Part shown: positions 1 through 11,029 of the stretch, one piece after another | How the letters are laid out: every line of letters starts with the position of its first letter | Numbering within the stretch: the first letter of the stretch is position 1 | From: Carcharhinus longimanus | Taxonomy: Eukaryota | Assembly (NCBI GenBank): GCA_030264375.1 | Contig: JASCQW010000132.1 | Span: 80,014,784-80,078,783 of the forward strand | Direction of reading: 5' to 3' | DNA: 64,000 nucleotides | The notes under the pieces: generated by a model | The model's database searches: none | The model's input: the letters and a program-made list of their open reading frames with translations, nothing else | Told to the model about the DNA's origin: nothing | Made by a program: the position numbers and the translations under genes

Positions 1-58
1 ATGGACAAGTTGGGCCGAAGGACCTGTTTCCATGCTGTAAACTTTTATGACTCTATGC
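1..58 (+). mobile_element. CR1-like LINE 3' tail
   Basis: ATGGACAAGTTGGGCCGAAGG.CCTGTTTCCATGCTGT...GACTCTATG tail motif. Confidence 0.7.
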
Positions 59-519
59 ATTCATCTAGTCTATTTCTGCTCTTGCTAGCATGTGGCACTG
101 GGAGTAATCCTGAGATCACTTCCTTTGAGGTTTTGCTTTTCAATTAATTTACTAACTTCCTATATTTGGCTTTCAGGACCTCACCCCTCTTTGTACCTGC
201 ATTATCAGTCTCTCTATATATCACAATCTCTAAATGTTCACCCTCCTCTTTTAGAACCATCTTAGCTATGAGCTCAAGTTATTTAATTAATCAATATCCT
301 TTACCTCTGCATTCTTAATTTTAATAATGCCATTAACATACCATTGACAACAATATGCAACGCCAGTACATAAAACTGCAGAAAAAGTTAACAGCAATTT
401 TATAAATAGTGACAGCATCAAGCTAAGATTCACAAAGATGATATTGAGATGAAGAGAGACTTGAGTTACAGNNNNNNNNNNTTACAGGGATTATTTCCAC
501 TTAAACAGACAAGTTAAAA

Positions 520-870
520 GGAAACTCAATAATTTTTTTTAATTTTAAAAGACATTGATAAGGTAGTTCGACAAAAGTTACTATGTCTGCTTTAGGAATC
601 AGTGGCGATTGGTCATAAATTCAAATCTGTCACTGAGGGAGAGTTTAGGAGAAATTTCTTTATGGAGAGAGTTGTTAGGACATGGAATTCATTGCCACAG
701 GAAACGTTTGAGACAGAGACTATTAGATCTTTTCAAAGGAGCATAGATAAACACTTGAAGAGATAAAGATACAAAGCCATGGAAAGACAATGGGATTAGT
801 TTTCGGCTGCTTCTGCAAAGAGCCAGCATAGACACGATCCTTTGGTGTGGACTCTGTTAGTGTTATAAAT
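520..870 (+). mobile_element. Old CR1 3' fragment
   Basis: Degenerate RT C-terminus (RRNFF.ERVVRTWNSLPQE). Confidence 0.65.
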
Positions 871-1789
871 GTCGATGGCTGTATAAGTGCTAAGTACATT
901 ATAAAGACAAGCTGCTTTTATATAGGATTAAGGGGGGTGCTGATGATTGCAGCTCCCGGCATGCTGCTGTCATGCAAGAAAACTCGCCAAAGTTGACTAA
1001 AGCTGGCGACTGGGAAAACATGAATTTTCTGCTGGGGTTGCCACACACATCAGGATCTTACAGCACCAGCAGAGGCATCTGGCATTAGAAAATCAGCTAT
1101 AAGCAGATTGATTTTTAAAGGTTTTGAAAGTATAGCTGCTCTCACTCAAGCTTTAAGAAAAACCTTTTCAATTTACCAGCCAAAAGCAGAGCTCTCTCTC
1201 CCTAACTAAGAGTATATTATGTTGACAGTTGAAAATTAAAATTCAATTGAGATCTAGAGCTTGGTTGTAGTCTCAGATATAAAGGCAAAAACTTGAACTG
1301 CAAACATCCAAATGTTTGACTCTTTTTTCCTTTATAAAGTCCTAAACAATCTTCCTGTGATAGTTCCACTTGTTTTTGCAATTGCTCCACGACTACCACT
1401 AGGCTGTGCTCTTAAACCAGTAACATGCAACTGATACATTTTTGTGAATCACGAACCAGTTGATTCAGACTATACATACTGGCCAGCAGAGAGGCACTGT
1501 TACATCAATTTTCAGTTCACTGGCAATGATATTACTGGCGTTTCTGCATATTTAAGGGGTTATTTTAGTGAAAAGATAAAAACAGGTGCTGTGTACTGTG
1601 CCTGTTCAAAAGTTTTGGTTGAGCAAACGATGTTAAACCTCATTGCCGATTCGCTAAAGGCGCTGAAATACATACCTGCAAATTTATCCCTCAAGCTCTG
1701 GTGAGAAGCATCAGTCACAGAGCTGTAATACATGCACACTCCCACTGAAGGTATCGAATACACAGCTTGACAAACAACAGCAGATTTCA

Positions 1790-1925
1790 AGATGACTCAA
1801 GGACTGAGGGGGAGGGCATGAAGTTCTCAGATGCAGCAGTGCAGTCTCCAGTGAACGAGGTCGGGAAGTGGGGGCCGGGGGGGCGGTGCGGGGGATGCCC
1901 TGTATCCACAGCGGGAAGGAGCCCA
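1790..1925 (+). mobile_element. Harbinger Myb/SANT-like ORF remnant
   Basis: KFSDAAVQSPVNEVGK...DALYPQ resembles the Harbinger DNA-binding protein motif RFSDAALEALVEEV..RRDVLYP. Confidence 0.5.
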
Positions 1926-1982
1926 CTTTGCACTCTGTAGTCCTGTACCTCTGTCCTGGTGTTGTCAGGCTTTTTACTATGT

Positions 1983-2070
1983 AAGTCCCACAACACCAGG
2001 TTAAAGTCCAACCAGTTTATTTGATAGTAAACCCACAAGCTTTCAGGGTTTGCCCCTTTATCAGGTGAGT
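1983..2070. mobile_element. Short dispersed repeat (Penelope-associated terminus), copy 1
   Basis: CACAACACCAGGTTAAAGTCCAA.CAGTTTATTTGAT.GTAA.CCCACAAGCTTT shared with 52545-52615; family assignment from recall. Confidence 0.6.
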
Positions 2071-2674
2071 TTCCTATTGCAGCTGATGCTGCTCGGTCTG
2101 CCCTCATGTCCTCCACCATTTCTTCTCCAGATCAACAGGGTGCCCACCGAATAAGATGACCTCAACCTTTCTCCATTAAAGGTTTTTTTAAAATAAGTCA
2201 AGCTATGAGAATCCTGTTTTAACACAGTCACAGAAAAGACAATCACCACAGAAGCCATCAGAGAATTTCCAGAATAATCATCACTTGAGTGTCAGTGATA
2301 TCTTGACAAAGTCTCCCAAGAAGGTCTATCAAACCTCCAGCAGCAGATGAACAGCGAAAGCTGAGAATGGCTACACTTGAAATTCTCACAAATGATTTTC
2401 TTTTTCACCTCGACGTAGCTGCTTGCTGCCACAAAAAGGTATTAATTGAAGAATTAGCCACAAATTTTTGTGCAGCATCTTTAATGAGCGCTAGTGAAGG
2501 AACAATTTTCCTTTAATGATACTCTGGGCAGTCATTCCTAATGCACATTAATTCTTTTACCAAGATCATATCTTATGTTAAGTGTGGTTTGAGAACTAGC
2601 ATTGCAGTTCAAGACCCCTTCCTGGAAGCTCGTTAGTACCAAAAGAAGCTGGGCAAAATCGCCCACTCAAGTTA

Positions 2675-2980
2675 ACATAGAAATATAAAAGATAGGAGCA
2701 GGAGGAGGCCATTTGGCCCTTCAAGCCTGCTCTGCCATTNNNNNNNNNNNNNNNNNNNNNNNNNNNNNNNNNNNNNNNNNNNNNNNNNNNNNNNNNNNNN
2801 NNNNNNNNNNNNNNNNNNNNNNNNNNNNNNNNNNNNNNNAAAAAGAACAAAGAAAATTACAGCACAGGAACAGACCCTTTGGCCCTCCCCAGGCCTGCAC
2901 GACCATGCTGCCCGATTGAACTAAAACCCTCTACCTTTTCGGGGACCGTATCCCTCTATTCCCATCCTATTCACGCACAT
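2675..2980 (-). mobile_element. Two CR1-like LINE 3' tails either side of a 100-N gap
   Basis: 2675-2739 matches the tail at about 3525-3590; 2840-2980 matches the family at 8108 and 63530. Confidence 0.8.
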
Positions 2981-3102
2981 CTGATGGATGTGCGAGTGTG
3001 TACACATGCACGTGTACACGTGCACCAGTGTTTTTTTTCTTGCGCTTAGTAAAATGCAGCTGAAAGCAGTACTTTTTGATGACACATATTCTTCTTTTCT
3101 AG

Positions 3103-3337
3103 CTGGAGGTTCAGTCATGTTGTGTATTCTTTCCAAATGAGAGCCTCGCCTCGCCAAGCACGATCGTGGCGGGTGACATCCCGGGGACGGTGAGGAATTG
3201 GTATCATACCGAAGCGAGTATGCCGGGGACTTTGGTCGTCTGCTTACCTCAGATAAAAGTGATCAGTGCAGGACACAAATACATGGAACCACTGCAGGAG
3301 ATTCCTTTTGTCATTTCAAGGCCTATTCTAGAAGAAG
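3103..3337 (+). CDS. vps13b: Isolated internal coding exon of VPS13B (COH1), 235 nt
   Basis: Acceptor TTCTTCTTTTCTAG|, donor GAAG|GTATGT; open frame LEVQSCCVFFPNESLASPSTIVAGDIPGTVRNWYHTEASMPGTLVVCLPQIKVISAGHKYMEPLQEIPFVISRPILEE(G), closely matching human VPS13B LEVQSCCVFIPNDSLPSPSTIVSGDIPGTVRSWYHGQTSMPGTLVLCLPQIKIISAGHKYMEPLQEIPFVIPRPILEEG as recalled. No other VPS13B exon recognised in the window. Confidence 0.88.
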
Positions 3338-3516
3338 GTATGTTCCATCTGGTGTTTTGGCTCCTGTTCTCCTGGTCAGTTTCTTTTCTCCCCTTAGTAC
3401 TGAATTTACAAAGTTTTGGGGATTGCACTACTTTAATGTTAATGCACAATTTCTTTCATTGATTCCAGTTACTGAATTAACTTTTAATTTAACTTTTGTC
3501 ATTATCTTTACATAAA

Positions 3517-3876
3517 AACATAGACATAGAAACATAGAAGATAGGTGCAGGAGGAGGCCATTTGGCCCTTCAAGCCTGCTCTGCCATTCATCATGATCAT
3601 GGCAGGTTGTCCAACTCAAGAATCTAATCCTGCTTTCTCCCTATAACCTTTGATCCCATTCGCCCCATGTGCTATATCCAACCGCCTCTTGAATACATTC
3701 AATGTCTTGGCATCAACTTCTTCCTGTGGTAGTAAATTCCACAGGCTCACCACTCTTTGGGTGAAGAGATGTCTCCTCAAATCCGTCCTAAATGGTCTAT
3801 CCAGAATCCTCAGGCTGTGACCCCTGGTTCTGAATTCCCTTACCATCAAGAACATACTCCCTGCATCTACCCTGCC
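3517..3876 (-). mobile_element. CR1 3' end
   Basis: RTRGHSLRI..RPFRTDLRRHLFTQRVVSLWNLLPQE..FKRRLDI and an (ACATAGAA)n tail. Confidence 0.9.
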
Positions 3877-4424
3877 TTAAATTATTTAACTTAAGATGTT
3901 TCAGTGCTCTAGAGGATAATTAAACTTTTGGTGATAATGTAAAACGTGTGTTATAGGACTCACCACTTATAACATTCCCGATTCTAATTTCTATTAGCGG
4001 GGTTTATAACAAGTGACTGATCAAATATTAGCTGGTGTGATTATTGCTAAATGATTTTTAAAAAACCCTTCAAATGTAGCAATTGTTTTACAACAAACAT
4101 TTGCTGAAAACCCCTTTATTTGAATAAGATACTTAAGGACTAACTTTTATTTTGAATAAAATGTTATTGCTGTTTAGTTTGAAATACAATCTGCAATAGT
4201 GACATCTCAGTTGAATGACCACGGGGCAACAAATAGCCCAATATTTTGCAGAATCAAAGTGTATAACATTTTTAAGAATTAGTAATTTCTTNNNNNNNNN
4301 NATGTGAGAAATGAGTAGTTGGCCAAAAATTAAATTTAAATAAATATTTCCATTAACATTTAGCCATTAAGCCATTTTGCTTCTTTTAAGTGTGAGCATT
4401 ACTGTAATTTGTCACAATTCTTGT

Positions 4425-4610
4425 ATATAGAAACATTGAAAATAGAGCCATTTGGCCCTTCGAGCCTGCACCACCATTCCACATGTTCATGCACTTTCAA
4501 TATCTCACTCACGCTTTCCTCACCCCTTGATCCCTTTAGTCTCAAGAACCATGTCCAGCTCCTCTTGGATATATCTAACGAACTAGCCCAACAGCTTTCT
4601 GTGCTGGAGA
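4425..4610 (-). mobile_element. Degenerate CR1 3' tail
   Basis: GCCATTTGGCCCTTCGAGCCTGC tail motif. Confidence 0.6.
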
Positions 4611-5504
4611 ATGTTTTATGCTGGAAAAGAACAGCAACATTTTACGTTTTGGGAGTTCAGTTGTTAATATTAAGTATTCAGTTATTAATATTAAGTATTC
4701 CCAGCTCAAGTGAAATGCAAGTTCAGCTCGTTGTGCACCAGCCAGAAGCCCTATTGTAGAAATTTGACCTTTTCCATTTACCAACCAGTTATCCTACAGC
4801 ATCCTGCAACAAAATTCTGAATTTAGCATCAAGTAGAGCTGATCTAAGGATAGCATTCTCTTTTGAATAGATAAAATAATCAATAAATTAAATTAATGAG
4901 AGGGGGTGACAGCCCCTGGTGGGACACTAAAACAAAAATCAAAACTTTGAAAGGAAGCTTAACATATCAAATTAAAATTGTGTTATGAGGGCTGAATGTG
5001 CACTTTAGTGCCAGTGGTGTCCACCAGTCACAGAAGGCCTCAAGCATACCAGTGGACACAGCATGCTCCCACTGCAGGGTCACCGAATCTAAGGGTCGTA
5101 TCTGTCATAGAGATTGTTATTCAGCAAATTGGAAACTTTCCTCCCATTAAGCAGAGTCAGATTTGAACCTGGGACATAGAATTTAATGGAAAATGTTGAA
5201 TCTATATTTCTGAGATATGAATAAAGACATACAACAGAGTTTCAACTCCCTTCATCTGACAAAAATCAGGAATTAAAATGAGAGCTGTATTCTTCCCTAC
5301 TTCCTGAGTCTTTATCCTCTGTTTCTGTCATTCTAAGTGGCTGTCTCAGCTGGCCATCTCATTCAAAGCTGAGACCTCCCAGCTTTTTAACAGTTTTAAT
5401 GTGCAATTTTACTCATCAACACCTTGGTCCGGCCCTAGTGGGCTGCCTTATTGCAAAAGGAAACCAGTATATTCCACAAAGGTGTAAAAGAGAAGAAAAT
5501 AATG

Positions 5505-5715
5505 ACTTTGGTTGACTGTTTGTGTGGGTTTCCTCTGGGTACTCTGGTTTCCTCCCGTAGGCCAAAGATGATTGGCCGTGTTAAATTGCCCCTTATCATC
5601 AGGGGATTAGCAGGATGTATACATGGGGTTACAGGGATAGGGCCTGGCTGGGATTGTTTTCGGTACAGGCTCGAAGGGCCAAATACCCTCCTTCTATACT
5701 GCAGAGATTCTATGA
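5505..5715 (+). mobile_element. HE1-type SINE, 5'-truncated
   Basis: GTGGGTTTCCTCTGGGT.CTC.GGTTTCC core and a LINE-like tail, shared with the copy at 13575. Confidence 0.8.
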
Positions 5716-6729
5716 TTCTAACTCTCTGTGTCTCAGAATACAATTTGCACCCCACCTGCTCTCAGCTCACCTGAAATGCACTGCGAGTTAAAATTGGCCT
5801 CCATTGTATTCATTTCCTGTTAATAACATGAGTTGTAGGATTTAATCACTCAGAATACTTCTTTCTCACTAGACATAATCTTGCACTACTTTAAACAGAA
5901 TTGACCAAATTACTGTAAAAGTTCAAAACATCAGAAGTCACCGAGGTTGAATTTCTCCAAACCAATAGCATGCACAATAATAACTAAAGTGCAACTTGCA
6001 GCTTTCNNNNNNNNNNGTCAGCAGATGCTGAGCATTTACTGGAAAAACATCAGTCTGACAACATGTCAGATCAGTAAAGAGTAAGTGTTGTTTTGCTTGC
6101 ACCAAATGTTTTAAGAAAATATATCCTTTAAAAGAGATTCTGTACTCAAATTAAAAATCAGCTGCCCCATGTTTTTATCCAGCCCCTAACGCAAACTATC
6201 CAAATGAAATCTTAGGGGCGCTTCTCCCAAATGTGCTGAACTGGCGAGAAAACTGGTCTCAATCACGACTGTTTTTCAGTGATGCCAGCTGGGGGCACCT
6301 CTCAGGATGCTTCTGATCAGTCAGTCTCTCTTCCACCCTGCATTGATCAGTGGTCATTCTGCCACTGTGTAGGAGATTTCCACTACACTGGCTCCTTGCG
6401 GCCTTAGGTGATCAGAGGTCAGCTGCCAAAGTCATCACAGGCGCATGGGTCACCAGCCTGTCTCCATCATAGCTGGCAGTAGGAGGTGGGGTGTGGTTGG
6501 GGGCTGGGGGGAGAGCACAACCCCGCAACACCCAAAAAAGGTTCAAGAAATCCTTAGAGTGGACACATGTAGATGCACGTGGGTATGGGTGACTTTAAGA
6601 CACATTTTATTTGCATATTAGTGAGTTTCTCTGTTCATAAATGAATAATTGATTCTCCATCTTTAGTGCATAAGAACACTGGTATGATAACTGTGTATGT
6701 GACTGCATGGAGATGAATTCTATTTTTAA

Positions 6730-6870
6730 GTTTTTTTATGAGATGCGGGTATCGCTTGTCAGACCAGCATTTATTGCCCATCCCTCATTGCACTTCAGAA
6801 GGTGGTGGTGAGCTGCCTTCTTGAACTGCTGCAATCCCTGAGCTGTAAGTATATCCACAGTGCTGTTAGA
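6730..6870 (-). mobile_element. LINE/SINE 3' tail fragment
   Basis: CCAGCATTTATTGCCCATCCCT..GAAGGTGGTGGTGAGCTGCCTTCTTGAAC; reverse-complement relative at 28790-28895. Confidence 0.65.
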
Positions 6871-7305
6871 TTCTTATTTGAATATATAACAATACACATT
6901 CAAATGGATGACACAGTTTGAATGTTTGAATGTGTCCCTGGGTGACAAACCAGTTTTCCTGTAATGGAGGAGGGAGAGGAAGGAAGGAAGCTATTGGAAT
7001 CTTCTCAGCAGTGAAGTCTCTTTCAATGCTCCCCAGCAGGGCCTTGCACAGCTGGCTGCAGTGGTTCACCCTGCTCTTCCTCTAACCCCTCTTCATAGGA
7101 ACAGTAGGACACCTGCAATTCATGCTAACTCTAGTGTCTAGTGAGGGACACTCTTGATGGTGCAGGCTGGGGAGCTCTGCCAGGTTGGTCAAGGCATTTA
7201 AACTTCCTTTTGAGCAGACCAGTGGTCTACTCATTGGTGGAGCTGGTTGTGCTGTGGCCCTCATTGTATCATCATTCAGGTGCAGCCTGAGGATATCTAA
7301 CAGGT

Positions 7306-9648
7306 AAGGAAATAGCAGAGGAACTGAATAGTTACTTTGCATCAGTCTTCACGCTGGAAGACAGCAGTAGGATGCAGGGCTCCAGGAGAATCAGGGAGCA
7401 CAGTTGAGTGCAATGGCCATCACTAAGGAGAAGGTTTTGGGAAACTGAAAGAGGTTGGATAAATCACCTGGACCAGATGGACTACACCCCAGGGTTCTAA
7501 AAGAGATAGCTGAGGAAATTGTGGCGGCTTTGGCGGTGATCTTTCCGGAATCACTAGAGGACTGGGAAGTAGCTAATGTAACATCGCTGTTTAAGAAAGG
7601 AAGGAGGCAGCAGATGGAAAATTATAGAGCGGTTACCATGACTTCAGTCATTGGCAAGATTTTAAAGTCCATTATTAAAGATGAGATTGCAGAGTACTTG
7701 GAAGTGCACGATAAAGTAAGACTGAGTCAGCATGGCTTTGTCAAGGGGAGGTCATGTCTGACAAATCTGTTAGAGTTCTTTGAGGAGGTAACAAGGANNN
7801 NNNNNNNNNNNNNNNNNNNNNNNNNNNNNNNNNNNNNNNNNNNNNNNNNNNNNNNNNNNNNNNNNNNNNNNNNNNNNNNNNNNNNNNNNNNNNNNNNNNN
7901 NNNNNNNNNNNNNNNNNNNNNNNNNNNNNNNNNNNNNNNNNNNNNNNNNNNNNNNNNNNNNNNNNNNNNNNNNNNNNNNNNNNNNNNNNNNNNNNNNNNN
8001 NNNNNNNNNNNNNNNNNNNNNNNNNNNNNNNNNNNNNNNNNNNNNNNNNNNNNNNNNNNNNNNNNNNNNNNNNNNNNNNNNNNNNNNNNNNNNNNNNNNN
8101 NNNNNNNGCACTGACCATGCTGCCTGACTGAACTAAAACCCCCTACCCTTCCGGGGACCATATCCCTCTATTCCCATCCTATTCAGGTATTTGTCAAGAC
8201 GCTCCTTCAAAGTCACTACCATATCCACTTCCACTACCTCACCGGCAGTGAGTTCCAGGCACCCACCACCCTCTGTGCAAAAAACTTGCCTCATATATCT
8301 CCTTTAAACGTTGCCCCCTCGCATCTTAAACCTGTGCCCCCTAGTAAATGACCCTTCCACCCTGGGTTCTGACTCTGTCCATGCCCCTCGGGATGGGCTC
8401 TGAGCCTCAGTCAGGTTGTTTGGGAACTCACTGGTACATTTGATTCTCAGATGAGTGTCTGATTTGATGCCGGTGTCGGCACTAAGATCAGGCCTTTGAC
8501 AAGGTGTCGCATAGGAGACTGTTAAATAAGTTAAGTGCCCATGATGTTAAAAGTAAGATCCTGGCATGGATAGAGAATTGGTTGACTGGCAGAAGGCAGA
8601 GAGTGAGGATAAAAGGTCTTTCTCAGGATTGTAGCCGTTGACTAGTGGATGTGCCTCAGGGGTCAGTGCTGGACCACAACTTTTCACAATATACATTAAT
8701 GATTTGGAGGAAGGAATTGAAGGCACTGTTGCTATGTTTGCAGATGATACAAAGATATGTAGAGGGACAGGTAGTATTGAGGAAGCAGGGGAGGAGCTGC
8801 AGAAGGACTTGGACAGGTTAGGAGAGTGGGCAAAAAAGTGGCAGATGGAGTACAATGTGGAAAAGTGTAAAGTTGTGCACTTTGGAAGGAGGAATGAAGG
8901 CATAGACTATTTTCTATATGGGAAAATGCTTAGGAAACTAGAAACACAAAGAGACTTGGGAATCATTATTCAAGATTCTCTTAAGATTAATGTACAGGTT
9001 TAGTCGGCAATGGGAAGGCAAATGCAATGTTAGCATTCATGTCAAGCGGGCTAGAATACAAGAGCAGGGATGTACTTCTGAGGCTGTATAAGGCTCTGGT
9101 CAGACTCCATTTAGAGTACTGTGAGCAGTTTTGAGCCCCATATCTAAGGAAGGATGTGCTGGCCTTGGAAAGGATGCAGAGGAAGTTCACAAGAATGATC
9201 CCTGGAATGAAGAGTTTGTCATATGAGGAACGTTTCAGGACTCTGGGTTTGTATTCGTTGGAGTTTAGAAGATGAGGGGGCGATCTTATTGAAACTTACA
9301 GGATACTGTGAGCCCTGGATAGAGTGGACATGGAAAGGATATTTCACTAGTAGGAAAAACTAGAACCAGAGGACACAACCTCAGGCTGAAGGGATGATCC
9401 TTTAAAACACAGATGAGGAGGAATTTCTTCAGCTAGAGATTGCTGAATTTGTAGAACTCTTTGCTGCAGAAAGCTGTGGAGGCAAGGTCGTTGAGTCTTT
9501 GTCTTTAAGACAAAGATAGATAAGTTCTTGTTTAATAAGGAGATCATGGGTTATGGGTAAATGACAGAACAATGGGGATGAGCAAAATATCAGCCATTAT
9601 NNNNNNNNNNGCCAAGTGGCCTAATTCTGCTCCAATGTCTTATGTCTT
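7306..9648 (+). mobile_element. CR1-type LINE, 5'-truncated ORF2 (reverse transcriptase) plus 3' UTR
   Basis: KEIAEELNSYFASVF, DKSPGPDGLHPRVLKE, QHGFVKGRSCLTNLLEFFEEVT, AFDKVSH, GPQLFTIYINDL, FADDTK, CR1 3' tail; flanked by an AGGT duplication (7302-7305 and 9649-9652). Confidence 0.93.
8108..8390 (-). mobile_element. 3' end of a second CR1-like LINE nested antisense inside the CR1
   Basis: Near-identical to 2900-2975 (CCATGCTGCC.GA.TGAACTAAAACCC..TACC...GGGGACC.TATCCCTCTATTCCCATCCTATTCA); interrupts the host RT region. Confidence 0.8.
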
Positions 9649-11029
9649 AGGTGTCAAGTGCTATTCTTTCAACGGTACCTTCATCATCCAGCAGTCATCC
9701 TTCCAAAGTGTCTAGTCCATAAGCTATTCCTGGTGATTGGGAAGGTTCGAGAATGCACCTGTCATGGTTGGTTGGCAGGTACTGTGCACATATCTTCATG
9801 GTACACTGTGGGTGATTGCAGACTATCTAGACATTTGTTAAGTAGTAACCCTCCCTGTTTCTAAACAGGCCTGGCTGCCTGCTATGCCTTGATGGTGACA
9901 TAGGACCAATCAATTACTTCTTGCACTCTTGGAAACCTGCAATGGCCTCAAATCCAAATATTGTAGTTGGTGAAGGCAATGAATTGCTCTGCATTAAAGA
10001 AACATAGCATCTGTAAAAACCTTAATACAGTGGTGTGCTACAAAATGGGTTATGTCACTCAGATCTCCATAGGTGGTGGAAAATAATCCAAGTATAAAGA
10101 AGTTTAGCACTACTATGACTTTTAATGCCATGGGTATCATATGGCCACCCACACAATTGAATGATGTTTTGGGAGCAAGCATGTGGCACAGAGCTGTTAC
10201 AGTGGCTCATGAAAGGTACTGTCTCTCCATCATTTGTAAGTCATATAGACCCCTATACACACAATTGTCAAGGTATGGCTTCCGCCTGTGTCTCTGTGTC
10301 TATGTTGAAGCCTGTCCATAGCAGCCCCTTGCCCCTCAGCAGGTTGTCCTCCATCTTTCACTTCGTGTTGCTCCAGACCCATTCAGCTGGCCTCTTCCTT
10401 CTCCCTCTCCCTCTCTTCCTCCTCCTCAGTGGAGAATGCATCAACAAGAGAATAGACTGGACTACACCCATTCTGGACTCAGCACCAATGTTGTAGTGAT
10501 GTTAGATTACAGTATCAACAAGTGTGCAAACATTAAAATGAACAGTACGACTCATGACTTTCAAAGATTTGCCAGTGAAATGCCTGTCGGCAGCCTCTCC
10601 TGCAGAAGTCAGGCATAGGCCTACTTCCAGCCTTTATATCCACTCTTTCCATTAATATTGGAACAAAAAATAAAGTTCCCACCTGGCATGTTTCATGTGC
10701 AGACAACATATTATGACATTGGGAACATATTATTGCAGTCAATTGGACTGCCAGCAAGCTTTAATGGGCATTAATTAATTAGACAATTCAAAGCGGCAGG
10801 CAGGCTAACGATTTCAGAGCCTGCATGCCTACCGTGTAATTTCCGACTGGCATGAGGCATAGGGTTCATGGTCTGACGTCATCACGCCAGATATTACACT
10901 TTCCTAGACCTACAACAGTCATGCTTTCAGCTCAACGTTTTTGCAGATGTTTTTGCACTTCGAGTGCAGGCTTTGTTCTGATTCCAATGTTCCAGACCAA
11001 GACAAACAGCTGGTTACAATCTACATTAT

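Larger units (their letters stand above)
7030..10450 (-). mobile_element. Decayed PIF/Harbinger (HARBI1-like) transposase, split by a CR1 insertion
   Basis: Minus-strand remnants in the expected order: RRKPY..VYR, GHMIPMALKVIVVLNFF..GDLSDITHFVAHHCIKVFTDAMF, GF.RVQEVIDWSYVTIKA, NV*IVCNH..CAQY..HD, G*LLDDEG.PLK..HLTP | VRYPQAAPE**YNEGH..GLLKRKFKCLD. These correspond to HARBI1-family motifs GAIDCTHV, GWLLGDKGYPL and GLLKMRFRCLD. Many stops and frameshifts. Confidence 0.85.

Noticed and set aside
1444-1795. Possible terminal exon of a neighbouring gene (ABCB5/ITGB8 expected by synteny)
   Set aside because: No frame resembles those proteins as I recall them, and no convincing splice acceptor.
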